This document shows, one piece after another, positions 39,175-49,108 of a stretch of 64,000 nucleotides of DNA (position 1 is the stretch's first letter; each line of letters begins with the position of its first letter). The notes beneath the pieces were generated by a model, which saw only the letters and a list, made by a program, of their open reading frames with translations, did no database searches and had not been told where the DNA came from. Location of the stretch: contig CAWGBN010000002.1 of assembly GCA_963820825.1 (NCBI GenBank), forward strand, positions 256,001 to 320,000. Direction: 5' to 3'. Both the position numbers and the translations under genes were made by a program. Source of the DNA: Vulcanimicrobiota bacterium. GTDB lineage: Bacteria; Vulcanimicrobiota; Vulcanimicrobiia; Vulcanimicrobiales; Vulcanimicrobiaceae.

Positions 39175-40377
39175 CTAGTACAGACCGATGCCGTCGGGCG
39201 TTCCCCATCCGGCCGGACCGGAGTAGGTCTTGTATTGGTGCGTCCCGGCGGTGCAGAGGTACTTGCCGCCGCACGAACCGTCGCTTCCGCTGGTGATGGT
39301 GTTGAGATTGGCCTTGCGCGTGGCCTGCGTCGCCTTCCAGAATCCCGACGGGTCGCTCTGGGTGGAGGCGTTGCCGGCGAGACCGAAGACCGCCGCGTTT
39401 AGCGGCGTCGCGACGCTCGTTCCGCCCACGGTGAACCAGCCGCTGTAACCGTAGGTGTCGTATTCGGCAACTTGCCAAGCGACGGCCGAGACGTCGGTAA
39501 TCGTGCGCTTCGTGCAGCTGGGATCTTTCTGCCATGAGGGTTTGGCGATGAGCGAGCATCCGGCGCCCGCACCGTTCCAAACCGTTTCGTGATAGGTCGA
39601 GCCGCTCTTCGAAAGCACGGTACCGCCGACGGCAACGACGCTCTGAAAGACCGCGGGCGCGCCGATCTGGTTGTAGCCCGAATCGCCCGAGGCGGCGAGA
39701 TAGACGACGCCGGCCTTATTGAAATCGGAGGTGCTCACGCAGCTATCCGAACCGAGGCACGACCAGCTGTTGCTGATGATGTGCGCGCCGAGGTTGACGG
39801 CCGTAACTTCGGCGGTCTGCAGATTGCTGCTCGTCGAGCTGTTCGCTTCGATGAGGTCGATAGTGCACTTGGGACAGGCCGCTGCGACCATCTCGACGTC
39901 GAGATCGATCTCGACGCCCCAGCCGACGCTTCCGCCCGGATAGCCGCTCTGTTGTCCGTTCTGATTGTACTTGTTGAACGGCGCCGTCCCGAGTCCGAAC
40001 TGCGAGCGATAGGCCGCGAGGTCGGAGGAGACGTTCGGATTGTCGTAGGCGTCGACGATGGCCACAACCTGGCCCGCGCCGTTGGTCGATGACGGCAGAT
40101 GATAGCGCGTCTGGAAGTCCGCGGGGGCCCACCCCGCGACGTCGGGATTGATGCCGCTCTTCGATTGAATCAGCGCCATGCACTCCGGAACGCCGGTGAC
40201 TTGCGGACAGGCGGGAGTTGCGAGGTTTTTGGCCTGCCACTCCGGCATGTTGGAGCGCACCGATTGCGCGCCCGATTGACCGGGACTTGCCGGTAAGTTG
40301 GAAGTGCCGCCGGCATTGCATGCCGCCGCCGCAAGCGCCGCCAGCAACGGCGCAACGAGTTTGAGTGATCTGTTCAC
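39175..40377 (-). CDS. S53 (sedolisin-like)/S8 serine peptidase lipoprotein
   Basis: Lipobox AAAC; VEIDLDVE (ExxxD), SGDSG, GGTSVATP, GWGTPDG. Confidence 0.88.
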   Translation of the reverse strand: MNRSLKLVAPLLAALAAAACNAGGTSNLPASPGQSGAQSVRSNMPEWQAKNLATPACPQVTGVPECMALIQSKSGINPDVAGWAPADFQTRYHLPSSTNGAGQVVAIVDAYDNPNVSSDLAAYRSQFGLGTAPFNKYNQNGQQSGYPGGSVGWGVEIDLDVEMVAAACPKCTIDLIEANSSTSSNLQTAEVTAVNLGAHIISNSWSCLGSDSCVSTSDFNKAGVVYLAASGDSGYNQIGAPAVFQSVVAVGGTVLSKSGSTYHETVWNGAGAGCSLIAKPSWQKDPSCTKRTITDVSAVAWQVAEYDTYGYSGWFTVGGTSVATPLNAAVFGLAGNASTQSDPSGFWKATQATRKANLNTITSGSDGSCGGKYLCTAGTHQYKTYSGPAGWGTPDGIGLY

Positions 40378-40513
40378 GGCTGCTCCTTACTCTCAGATCG
40401 ATTGATCCGGAGGGCAGTGATTAGGCTTGCCTTACTCGGCTACCTTGGCCGAGCAGCAGGGCCGCGGGTGTGCGCCAGGGGATCCCTTGCTTGTCGGTCC
40501 AAAGAAATGGACC

Positions 40514-40900
40514 ATGCGGAAGTTTTGCTCGCTCCTCGCCATCGCATCGATCGCCGGCATCTGCGGTTGTTCGAATAGCGCCGCAAACGGCAGCACGATC
40601 TTTCTGAGCAACTGCGCGAGCTGCCACGGTGCGCACGGCGAAGGCGTACCCGGCACGTTCCCCGCGCTCGCCTCGAATCCAACGGTAGCCGGCGATCCCA
40701 AGACCGTCATCCACATCGTCAAGTACGGTCTCACCGGAAAGATCGAGGCCGGCGGAAAGGCGCTCAATGGGATGATGCCGGCATGGAGTCCGCAGCTTCA
40801 CGACGCAGACATCGCAGCGGTCCTCACCTACGTCCGTTCGTCGTGGGGAAATCATGGCGCTCCGGTGACCGCCGCGGACGTCGCCGCGGTCTCGAAGTAG
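40514..40900 (+). CDS. class I cytochrome c lipoprotein
   Basis: Lipobox ICGC; NCASCHG, FPALA, MMPAW, IAAVLTYVRSSWGN. Confidence 0.9.
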   Translation: MRKFCSLLAIASIAGICGCSNSAANGSTIFLSNCASCHGAHGEGVPGTFPALASNPTVAGDPKTVIHIVKYGLTGKIEAGGKALNGMMPAWSPQLHDADIAAVLTYVRSSWGNHGAPVTAADVAAVSK

Positions 40901-40927
40901 CATCGATTTCGCGAAGCGCAGCGCACG

Positions 40928-41539
40928 ATGAATAAGATTCGATTCGAAGCCTTCTCCGACGGCGTCTTCGCCTTCGCGATCACGCTCTTGGCGCTCGGCT
41001 TCGTTCTGCCCGAAATGCACTACGCAACGAACGGCGCGCTCGCCGCGGCTCTCCTGCGCCTCTGGCCGGATTTGCTCGCCTATGGGCTGAGCTTCTCGGT
41101 CATCGGTCTGATGTGGCAGAACCATCACGCACTCTTCCGGCTCGTCCACCACGTAGATCGCAAGACCGTCTTCTGGAATCTCTTGCTGCTGGCAGCGACC
41201 GTGCTGATCCCGTTCGCTACCAAGACGCTGGGATCGTATCCGACCTACTCGGCGTCGACGTTCCTCTACGGCCTCGTGCTCTCGATGAGCGCGGCGTTCT
41301 ACAACCTCATGCTCGGACATTTGGCGCGCGCCGGCGCTTTCGAACCCGAGGTCGATCCGTCGGCAATCGCCGCCACGATTCGGGGATACCGGATGGGACT
41401 GATCGTCTACGTCGCCGCGACGCTCGTCGCGCTCGTCGTTCCGCTGCTCAGCTTCGGGGCATACTTGGCGATCGTGATCTACTTTCTCGTGCCGCGCGGA
41501 GCCGATTCCGATGCGCCGCTCAGCGCGCGGCGCTGGTAG
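40928..41539 (+). CDS. TMEM175-family K+ channel (DUF1211)
   Basis: RFEAFSDGVFAFAITLL signature; W.NHH; six TM segments. Confidence 0.9.
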   Translation: MNKIRFEAFSDGVFAFAITLLALGFVLPEMHYATNGALAAALLRLWPDLLAYGLSFSVIGLMWQNHHALFRLVHHVDRKTVFWNLLLLAATVLIPFATKTLGSYPTYSASTFLYGLVLSMSAAFYNLMLGHLARAGAFEPEVDPSAIAATIRGYRMGLIVYVAATLVALVVPLLSFGAYLAIVIYFLVPRGADSDAPLSARRW

Positions 41540-41640
41540 CGAGCGCGCGATCCAGATCGTCTATTAGATCGTCGACCTCTTCGAGGCCGACTGAGAGGCG
41601 GAGAAGATCGTCGGTAATATCGAGCTCCGCGCGCCGCGCG
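41520..41640 (-). pseudogene. 3' fragment of a cystathionine gamma-synthase/lyase-family gene
   Basis: RRAELDITDDLLRLSVGLEEVDDLIDDLDRAL is the conserved C-terminus of the Cys/Met PLP enzymes; the upstream part is absent. Confidence 0.75.
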
Positions 41641-41683
41641 CGTAGCAACATGGCCCGTACGATCACACGCGTGCGCAGCGGCG

Positions 41684-42001
41684 TCAAGAACTCGCCGATT
41701 CTTTTTCGCGGGGCTCGTCGATGGTGTAGAGCCACCACGCCGCGACGCCTCGCCTCGCCTTGCGATCGTAATAGACTTCGATCGTGCCGCCGTCCGCAAT
41801 CTGCAACTCGAACCAGTGCCGGTTTAAGTAGGCGTCGCCGCGATCGGTCTTCGTCGAGCGCCAGGTTCGCAGTACCGCGTCTATCACCAACGCTCGCTGC
41901 TCCCATAGGAACGCTCGCGGAACGGGCGGCTCGCTCCCGCTCGCGGGGGTAATGAACCCTTCGCCGGCGGGCACGATCGGACGGCTAACGAATCGCTTCA
42001 C
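41684..42001 (-). CDS. small hypothetical protein (DUF6504-like)
   Basis: EPPVPRAFLW..V..W..YLNRHWF..EVYYDR..WWL pattern. Confidence 0.65.
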   Translation of the reverse strand: MKRFVSRPIVPAGEGFITPASGSEPPVPRAFLWEQRALVIDAVLRTWRSTKTDRGDAYLNRHWFELQIADGGTIEVYYDRKARRGVAAWWLYTIDEPREKESASS

Positions 42002-42156
42002 GATTAGGCATCGCCGTTTTCGGTCAGGCGTCACAGAGTTCCTCAACCGCAATGCACGCAAGAGCACTCGCCTGGCGCCGCCACGTTTGCAAATCGGTCG
42101 ATGAGGAACTATACTAGCGCTCAGCCGCTTCCGGCTTTCCGCAAGGGAGGTTTTTC

Positions 42157-43140
42157 ATGCGCCTGCACTCGGCCATCGGTCTGGCCGCTCTCCTGGCCGG
42201 TTGCTCCGGGACGACGTCACAGTTGCCCTTGAGGCCGTCGGAACTTGCGCCCACGCTACGTAACGTTCAGCACAACTCCTGGAGCAAGAAAAGGCCAATA
42301 CCCCATGCGGTGATCGGCGCGGGCGCCGCCGCCGTCGGAAATAAGATCTATGTCGTCGGGGGCCTCGATAATACTCTGTCGCCGTATGGCGTTACGCAAA
42401 TTTACGATCCGTCGAAGAACACGTGGTCGAAAGGCGCTCCGATGCCGACGCCGCGCTGGGACATCGGCGCCGTCGTCGTCAACGGCATCATCTATACGGT
42501 CGGCGGAAATGCAACCGAGGGCAATCCATCGGCGGCCGTTGAAGCCTACGACCCAAAGACCAATAAGTGGTCGGAGAAGGCGCAGCTACCGATCGCGAAC
42601 GCGCCCGTTGTCGCTACGCTCGGCGCCTTCATCTACGCAATCGGTGGATACACCAGCGGATCCGGGCGGATCGCCAACGTCTATCGGTATAACCCCAAGG
42701 CCGATGCGTGGTCGACTCGCCAATTGATGAGAGTCGCCAAATCGAATCCGGAAATCGGCGTCATCGGTAAGTCGATCGTTGCTGCCGCCGGTCTGGCAAA
42801 TTCGGGCTACACCGGCGATAACGAAGCCTACAGCGCCGGTACGAACAGGTGGAAGACAAAGGCACCCGACCCGACGCCGCGAGGGGCGCCGTGTTCTGCA
42901 GCGATTGGAACGATGCTTTACGCTGCCGGCGGCGAGATTACCAGCGGCATCACGAAGATCGTGGATGCATATACGTTGAAAACGAACTCTTGGAAAAACC
43001 TGAAGGCAATGCCGCAAGCCGTGACCGGACCGGCTTCGGCCACGACCGGCGGCCTTCTCTATTGCATCGGTGGAGCCAATCAGGGCTACCCGAACGGCAG
43101 CGCGACTTTCTACCAAGACGTGCAGGTTTATCAGCCGTAG
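42157..43140 (+). CDS. Kelch-repeat lipoprotein
   Basis: SD AGGGAGG; lipobox LAGC; six IYxxGG...YDP..N.W Kelch blades. Confidence 0.9.
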   Translation: MRLHSAIGLAALLAGCSGTTSQLPLRPSELAPTLRNVQHNSWSKKRPIPHAVIGAGAAAVGNKIYVVGGLDNTLSPYGVTQIYDPSKNTWSKGAPMPTPRWDIGAVVVNGIIYTVGGNATEGNPSAAVEAYDPKTNKWSEKAQLPIANAPVVATLGAFIYAIGGYTSGSGRIANVYRYNPKADAWSTRQLMRVAKSNPEIGVIGKSIVAAAGLANSGYTGDNEAYSAGTNRWKTKAPDPTPRGAPCSAAIGTMLYAAGGEITSGITKIVDAYTLKTNSWKNLKAMPQAVTGPASATTGGLLYCIGGANQGYPNGSATFYQDVQVYQP

Positions 43141-43146
43141 CGTTGC

Positions 43147-43737
43147 TTACTCGAACTGCAGCGGCGCTTTCAATGACGGCTTCGCAGTCCCGCACGTAAC
43201 CTTTCCGGTCAGCGTCGCCGGGCCGGAGTACTTCGGCCGGTTGCGATTCACGGCATATAAAGCGAAGCCCGAGCCCGTTACGTTGAACGAAGCGGAGAAG
43301 CTATCGAGGGTCTTCTTTCCCGTCGTGATGGCCCACGCGACCTTGCATTTGCCCTTGTAATGAAGGTCGCTGAACGAAATCGAGTATTGCCACTCGGCGC
43401 CGGTCGGAATGTAGCTCGACGGTCCCGTGAGACCGACGTCATCGCCGCTCGGAATGCCATAAACGCAGCTGATGCACGGCACGCCGTTTTGAGCCGGCCC
43501 ATCCGAAACGAAGTTGATGAGAATTCCCGGCGTGCCGGCATTCGGATGCATCGTAAGCGGTCGGAAGAGCTCGCGGCCGCCGCTCGCCTCGGGTGCGGAA
43601 TCGAGAACTTGATCCAGAGTTGACGTCTCAGAGGCCGCTCCGGTCGCGGGAGTCGCATAGTTGGGTGCTCCGTTCGAGCACGCCGTAAGGGCGACGACGA
43701 TCAATAACAAAAGGCCGCGCCTGGTAAACACGTGCAT
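43147..43737 (-). CDS. hypothetical lipoprotein
   Basis: SD AGGAGG; lipobox LTAC. Confidence 0.8.
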   Translation of the reverse strand: MHVFTRRGLLLLIVVALTACSNGAPNYATPATGAASETSTLDQVLDSAPEASGGRELFRPLTMHPNAGTPGILINFVSDGPAQNGVPCISCVYGIPSGDDVGLTGPSSYIPTGAEWQYSISFSDLHYKGKCKVAWAITTGKKTLDSFSASFNVTGSGFALYAVNRNRPKYSGPATLTGKVTCGTAKPSLKAPLQFE

Positions 43738-43854
43738 TGCGCCTCCTAAATAAACGCGAAGAGTGATTCGTCGTATTGCGACGCCCGAGCCGGGCCTCCT
43801 CCAAACGTAAGAGATCCAGCGGTTTTTTCATCCGGCGGGCGAAACTCTGGTGCC

Positions 43855-45087
43855 ATGCGCTCAGCGGCAGCAAAACGACTTCTTGCGTACGGCACGTTGG
43901 CCGCCCTCGCAGCCTTAAGCGCTTGCAACGCGAGATTCGGCTCGGGATCGAGCGCATTCGTACCCACCGCCCATTTTGCGGCGGCGCCGCGAAATACCAA
44001 GATCGCGATCGAAGGGCCGGGAAGCAACGCGGCGCTCGACGACCTCGTCGTTCGTTTCATGGTCGCGCAGCAGGTTCCCAACGCGCAGTTAGCGGTTTCG
44101 GTAAAGGGAAAGACGACATTTTCCCACGCGTATACCTACCGGAGCCTCGCGAAGTCGACGACCCATCCCAATACGATCATGCGACTCGCGAGCAACACGA
44201 AAGCCTGGGTCGATGGTGCGCTCTACAATTTGATCGAGGCCAAGAAGGTCGACCCATCTGCAAAGGTCTTTGCATATTTGGGCATCACAAAGCCCCTCCC
44301 AAAAGGCACGAAGGTCGATAAGCGCATCTACGACATCACCATCGAGGACATGATCCTTCACGAATCGGGATGGGACGATAGCAAACCGCCTCATTACGAC
44401 CCGACCTTCAAGATGCGAGAGATCGCGCTCGCGCTGCATCTCAAGCGGGCCGTCGGCCAAGTCGATTACGTACGGTACCAGCTCGGGAAGCCGCTGCAAG
44501 AGCCTCCGGGCACCACCTACGCCTACTGCAACTTCTGCTACACGGTTCTCGGGATGGTGATCGCCAAAGCGTCGGGAATGAATTTCTCCGACTATATTGC
44601 AACCCACGTCGCCGGTCCGTTAGGCGTTTCGAACGTTTTGGTTTCGCCGACGCTCGGCACGCGGCTCAAAAACGAGGTTGCAAAGTATTACTCCGCCTAC
44701 GACGGCTTATCGGCCGTCTACGTACGATCGAAGAAACGGTACCCATACCCGTATAGCGGCGACGACATGGTCCTCGAGGTTGCCGGCGGCGCCGGTGCGC
44801 TGGCGACCAATGCGGATTCGATGCTCCGGTTCATGAACGAGTACCTGATTTGGGGCGTCGGAACCCCCGAACCGGGGGCCGATTGGGCGCGCGAAGGTTC
44901 GATGCCGGGAACGAACACGTGGGCCGAACAGTTGCCTAACCGCAGCAACTACGCGTTCCTAGTCAATACGCGCCAATACATTTACGGGCGTAACCCCACC
45001 GCATTCGAAGCGTTGCAATCGGAACTCGAGCACCGGATCGATCCACATCTCGATACGGCCCTCGAGCGCCAATTTCGCGACTTTTAG
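43855..45087 (+). CDS. serine hydrolase (beta-lactamase class C / S12 family) lipoprotein
   Basis: Lipobox LSAC; SxxK (ASNTK), LHESG, PG..YAYCN. Confidence 0.85.
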   Translation: MRSAAAKRLLAYGTLAALAALSACNARFGSGSSAFVPTAHFAAAPRNTKIAIEGPGSNAALDDLVVRFMVAQQVPNAQLAVSVKGKTTFSHAYTYRSLAKSTTHPNTIMRLASNTKAWVDGALYNLIEAKKVDPSAKVFAYLGITKPLPKGTKVDKRIYDITIEDMILHESGWDDSKPPHYDPTFKMREIALALHLKRAVGQVDYVRYQLGKPLQEPPGTTYAYCNFCYTVLGMVIAKASGMNFSDYIATHVAGPLGVSNVLVSPTLGTRLKNEVAKYYSAYDGLSAVYVRSKKRYPYPYSGDDMVLEVAGGAGALATNADSMLRFMNEYLIWGVGTPEPGADWAREGSMPGTNTWAEQLPNRSNYAFLVNTRQYIYGRNPTAFEALQSELEHRIDPHLDTALERQFRDF

Positions 45088-46034
45088 GGCTGCGACGTAA
45101 CGGTCAGGCGAACGGCGGCGGTGCCCGACGTGACGTGTCCGACCGCGGCGTTCTGACTCACCGAATCGATTTGTAACGTCCCGACGTGCTCGTCGACGTG
45201 CAGCGTCGCATGCGTCGACGGATCGACGATCGACTTCGACTTAACGATATCGAACGTCTGCCCGACCTGCACGCCGTTGTTGCTGCCGATGTTGATGATG
45301 ACTTGGCGTCCATCGATCGCCGCGATGTGGCCGGTCAGCGCCGGCGCAGCCGGAGCGGAGAAACGGCTCGGGTCGAGTGCGAGGACGATTTTGTTCGCTT
45401 CGTCATCGATGAGATGGCCCATGTCGCTGTTGACGAACTGTTCGTTGCTATACGAGCCGCCGGCGTAACCCGCGAATCCGCTGGCGTTCCACGACGTACC
45501 CGAACGCGTCGCTTCGTCGGAGAAGCTCTGCACGATTTGGCCGGTCCGCGCGTCGATCACCCGCACCGCGACCTTGATCGTGACCCGATGCGTCGAGACG
45601 CTGCCGGCTGCGGCACCGACGTAACTGGGCAGAAAGCTGCCCGCGCTCGCGCCGCTGGCGCCGGTTTGATCGAATTGCAAGATGTTTCCGGTGATCAAAT
45701 ATCGCGCACCGACCATTCGTCCCGCAGTGACCGCCGTCTGCGGGTCGACCTCGCCGCTCGCCCCCAGTTGGTGTTCGCCGAGCGTCGAATTCAAATGCGT
45801 CCGGTCGACCACGCTAAAGCGGCCGTCGTTGACCATACGGTCGGTAACGAGATCGCTCAAAGCGACGCCGGGCTGGAACGATCCATACCAGTCCGACGTC
45901 AACCCCTGCGTGGAGAAGTTGAGAACGGCGACCGCCGGATGAGATGCGTTCTGCTGCGCCGAGCCTAGCATCGGCCAGAACGCGAGGCTCGCAACGATGC
46001 CGAGGCCGAGCAAACGAAGTGAACGTCGTGCCAC
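45084..46034 (-). CDS. CsgG/HfaB-family protein
   Basis: VAVLNF, GRFSVVDR, GRMVGARYLITGNI..F, VRVIDARTGQI; SD AGGAGG. Confidence 0.85.
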   Translation of the reverse strand: MARRSLRLLGLGIVASLAFWPMLGSAQQNASHPAVAVLNFSTQGLTSDWYGSFQPGVALSDLVTDRMVNDGRFSVVDRTHLNSTLGEHQLGASGEVDPQTAVTAGRMVGARYLITGNILQFDQTGASGASAGSFLPSYVGAAAGSVSTHRVTIKVAVRVIDARTGQIVQSFSDEATRSGTSWNASGFAGYAGGSYSNEQFVNSDMGHLIDDEANKIVLALDPSRFSAPAAPALTGHIAAIDGRQVIINIGSNNGVQVGQTFDIVKSKSIVDPSTHATLHVDEHVGTLQIDSVSQNAAVGHVTSGTAAVRLTVTSQP

Positions 46035-46095
46035 AAGGAATCCTCCTGAGCGCGGGTGGGAACTGCGCCATTATCTCACGTTTAAGCAGAATCTG

Positions 46096-47073
46096 CTAGT
46101 TCGCAAGCTGCTGCAGAAGTTGGGCTTCTCGTTCGGTTGAGAGCCCGGGCTTCGCCGCAGAAGTAGATTCGGGCTGCGAAAGCCAGTCGACCAGCGCGCG
46201 CACGGTCTCGAGCGGGGAATGATGTTTGAGTCCGGCGCCGACCGCCTTCGCATAGCTCGCCTCGAAGAGACCCGCATATTGCGGATCGTCGAGCCACATC
46301 GGGATATCGGTCCACGGCTCGATGCCGGCGGCAATCAACGCTTCGCTGCGAAGTGAAACCGCGTGCGACACGATCTCACGCTCCGCCGCCACGGCGACGC
46401 ACGTCCGGACCAGTTCCCCCAAGGAGAAGCGCCGGTTTGGGCCGACGATGTTGTAAGCGCCATCTCTTCGTTGCGATACCGCTAGTACGGCGAACGCCGC
46501 CAGGTCGCGAACGTCGGCGAACTGCACCGGACGAGACGGCGGCTCCGGTACGATGAACCGCCCGCCGCGCAAGGCTCGCTGCGGCCAGTACGAAAATCGC
46601 CCGGTGTAGTCCCATGGCCCAACGATAAGTCCGGGACGGAAAATCGTCGCGCGTTCGCCGAAGCGATCGCATACGATTCGTTCGCAGGCGGCCTTGTTTC
46701 CGCCATATGCCATCGCTTCGTCACTGGAGTCGAACTCAACGATCGTCGAAGATTCTTCGTGGACCACCGGCCGGGAGAGATCTGCATAGACGTTGAGCGT
46801 CGAGATGAACAGATACCATCCGGCGTCCAGGCCGGCCGAGCGTTCGAGTTGCTCCGGGCGTTGACCGCTTACATCGATTATTGCATCCCAACGCTCGTGG
46901 ATCGCGTTGGGCAGCCGCTCATTGCGATCTCCGAATATTTCACGAACGCCGGACGGCAAATCGCATAACGACTGACCGCGGTGAAAGCAGATCACCTCGT
47001 GTCCTTGCGCATGGAGACTCTCCACGATGTGACGGCCGACAAAGCGCGTGCCGCCGAAAACGAGCACCTTCAA
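46096..47073 (-). CDS. NAD-dependent epimerase/dehydratase (atypical SDR)
   Basis: GGTRFVG, YGGNK, RPGLIVGP. Confidence 0.9.
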   Translation of the reverse strand: MKVLVFGGTRFVGRHIVESLHAQGHEVICFHRGQSLCDLPSGVREIFGDRNERLPNAIHERWDAIIDVSGQRPEQLERSAGLDAGWYLFISTLNVYADLSRPVVHEESSTIVEFDSSDEAMAYGGNKAACERIVCDRFGERATIFRPGLIVGPWDYTGRFSYWPQRALRGGRFIVPEPPSRPVQFADVRDLAAFAVLAVSQRRDGAYNIVGPNRRFSLGELVRTCVAVAAEREIVSHAVSLRSEALIAAGIEPWTDIPMWLDDPQYAGLFEASYAKAVGAGLKHHSPLETVRALVDWLSQPESTSAAKPGLSTEREAQLLQQLAN

Positions 47074-47098
47074 CCGAGGGGTCTTCGTTCTTACGCCG

Positions 47099-47893
47099 CT
47101 ACCACGAGATCACGATCTTGCCGTCACCCTTCAGGCCGCCGCCGCGCGTTTGCTGCATCTTGGTCGCGGACTTCTCGACGAACGACGAGCCGCCGCCGCC
47201 ACCATCACCGTAGTAGCCGCCCCCACCGCCACCACCGCCGGCGGCGCACTTCTTCGCACCCGTCCCACCGTCAAGGCGTCTTCCGCTTCTGCCGGCCGCG
47301 CCTCCGCAGCCCTTGCTGCCTCCGAGAGACGGTCCTTCGTCGGGTCCCGCCGAGCCGCCGGCACCGCCCGTTGTCTGTGACCCTCCCGCGCCGCCGCCGC
47401 CAGCGATGCATCCTCCACCGCCGCCGTCATCACCGGTCGTCGTGCCGCCCTTACCGCCCGCGCCACCGAGACAGAAATACGAGCTGCTATCGTAATAGAA
47501 GCCAAACCGGCCGCCGCCGCCGTACGCGCCGGAGTCGGAGGCATTTCCGCCGCCGTTGTAGCCCCCCGCCGCACCCTTGCCCTTTCCGCCAACGAAGATC
47601 GTCAATGACTCGCCTGGATTAACCGGGATGGTCGCCTTCACGGCCGCTCCCAACCCGCCCGGATATCCCTGGCTCGGCACCGATTCGCCGTCGCCTTGAG
47701 CACCGTACGCGGTAATCGTTATTTGCCGTACGCGAGAGGGCACGGTGAAGCTTTGAGGTGCGCCCGTAAATGCGAACGTCTGGGAGCCGCGAGGGCCCGC
47801 CGCCGGAGGCGTCGAGCTCACGGCGCTGCTGCTGCACGCGCTTAGCACCAGGATGCCAAGGCAGGTCGGAGTGAGCGCGCGTTCCTGTCGCAT
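47099..47893 (-). CDS. glycine-rich-domain lipoprotein
   Basis: Lipobox LSAC; TF.FTG..QSFTVP..ITAYGAQG, GYNGGG, GGGGGSSF, GDGKIVISW. Confidence 0.8.
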   Translation of the reverse strand: MRQERALTPTCLGILVLSACSSSAVSSTPPAAGPRGSQTFAFTGAPQSFTVPSRVRQITITAYGAQGDGESVPSQGYPGGLGAAVKATIPVNPGESLTIFVGGKGKGAAGGYNGGGNASDSGAYGGGGRFGFYYDSSSYFCLGGAGGKGGTTTGDDGGGGGCIAGGGGAGGSQTTGGAGGSAGPDEGPSLGGSKGCGGAAGRSGRRLDGGTGAKKCAAGGGGGGGGYYGDGGGGGSSFVEKSATKMQQTRGGGLKGDGKIVISW

Positions 47894-47989
47894 GGGCCGT
47901 CCTCCGCTAGAAAAACTATTCTAGCACCAACGCACGCGCGCGTCGATTCTTGGAGCAAAAGGGGCAACCGCGTCTCCGAAGGAATTCAC

Positions 47990-48794
47990 ATGCATTCGAT
48001 CTCTAGCCGAAATTCGACGCACGTGCAAAGCCGCCGTCGCGACCGCAATCGCCGTCGTATATCTCGCGGCGTGCTCTAGCGGTAACCGCACCGCCGCCAT
48101 TCCGAGTGACGCGGAACGCCTTGCCCAACGCACGAGCCTCACCCTAGCGGACTTCAAGCGCGTCGTCTCTTGGGGTTCGAAGGGAAAGGCCGCGGTGGCG
48201 CAGTGCCCGCAGGGCGATAAAGTGATTGCCGGCGGCTCGAGCAGCAGCGACGGCAGTTCCGTCGGGACCGGCTATACCGATAGCCATCGCAATTCGTGGA
48301 TCGTCAAACCCCATGCAAATGCCAGCGCCGAAGCTTTTGCCACGTGCATCACGCGAAAGGCACCGGGGAGTTCGTTCGAATGGCGCGTATCGCTGCCCGT
48401 TAGCGGACTCGCGGGCGCGCGGTGTCGTAGCGGCTACGGACTCATCACCGGCTACGCCGTCGGAGCCACGGCCTCGTCGTGGTTCGACGGCGGTACCAAC
48501 ACCTTTTGGGTGAGCGGCGGAGCAACGGCGTACGCTTCGTGCGCACGCGACGACGACGGCATCGTCATCGAGCACGCTTGGAACAAAAGTCAAACGCCGA
48601 AGACCGTTTACGCCGGATGCGGTCACGGCTACACGGTCATCGGCGGCTCGATGGGCGACAGCCAGTGGCCGGGACCGCCGATTCAGGAGCACCCGGGTGC
48701 CGCTTCAGGTCCGGGCGTGCACGGCTACAACGGCTGGTGGGCCTTCAGTAACGCGCAGAACGAGCTCACCTGGGCCGCCTGCGTTCGCAGCTAA
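47990..48794 (+). CDS. Cys-repeat lipoprotein with an apparent 1-nt frameshift just after the start
   Basis: The 48195 frame stays open upstream through ...AVVYLAACSS (lipobox); ATG 47990 with SD AAGGA is one base out of frame; three C-x-x-G-x-x-(V/L)I-x-G repeats. Confidence 0.7.
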
Positions 48795-48815
48795 GACATC
48801 CGCATCGCGGTAGTC

Positions 48816-49097
48816 CTAGAGGGCGAGTTCCTTATCCAACACGAAGACCTTTACCGTCTCCCGCAAGAGTCCGTCGCCTTCCATAGCGTCGGCGGTCTCC
48901 GGTAAAGAGATGGCCGACATGAACTTTGCCACGTCGCCGGTCTCAAAGCAGGTGCCGACGTAATTGTCTTCGCCCATCCCATAACTTACTGGATGCGAAA
49001 TCCCGTACGCGGTCCGGAAGAAATCGCCGTGCGTGCGAAAACCCGCTTCCCACTCTGCCTGATCTTTGCACTTGGCAATGACGAGGATCTTTGCCAT
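48816..49097 (-). CDS. small hypothetical protein (possible dimeric alpha/beta barrel)
   Basis: 93-aa ORF with SD GGAG, co-oriented with the upstream membrane gene. Confidence 0.7.
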   Translation of the reverse strand: MAKILVIAKCKDQAEWEAGFRTHGDFFRTAYGISHPVSYGMGEDNYVGTCFETGDVAKFMSAISLPETADAMEGDGLLRETVKVFVLDKELAL

Positions 49098-49108
49098 CTT
49101 CTCAACTC

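Noticed and set aside
45084..46034. Curli biogenesis operon
   Set aside because: A lone CsgG/HfaB-domain gene with no csgA/B/E/F nearby
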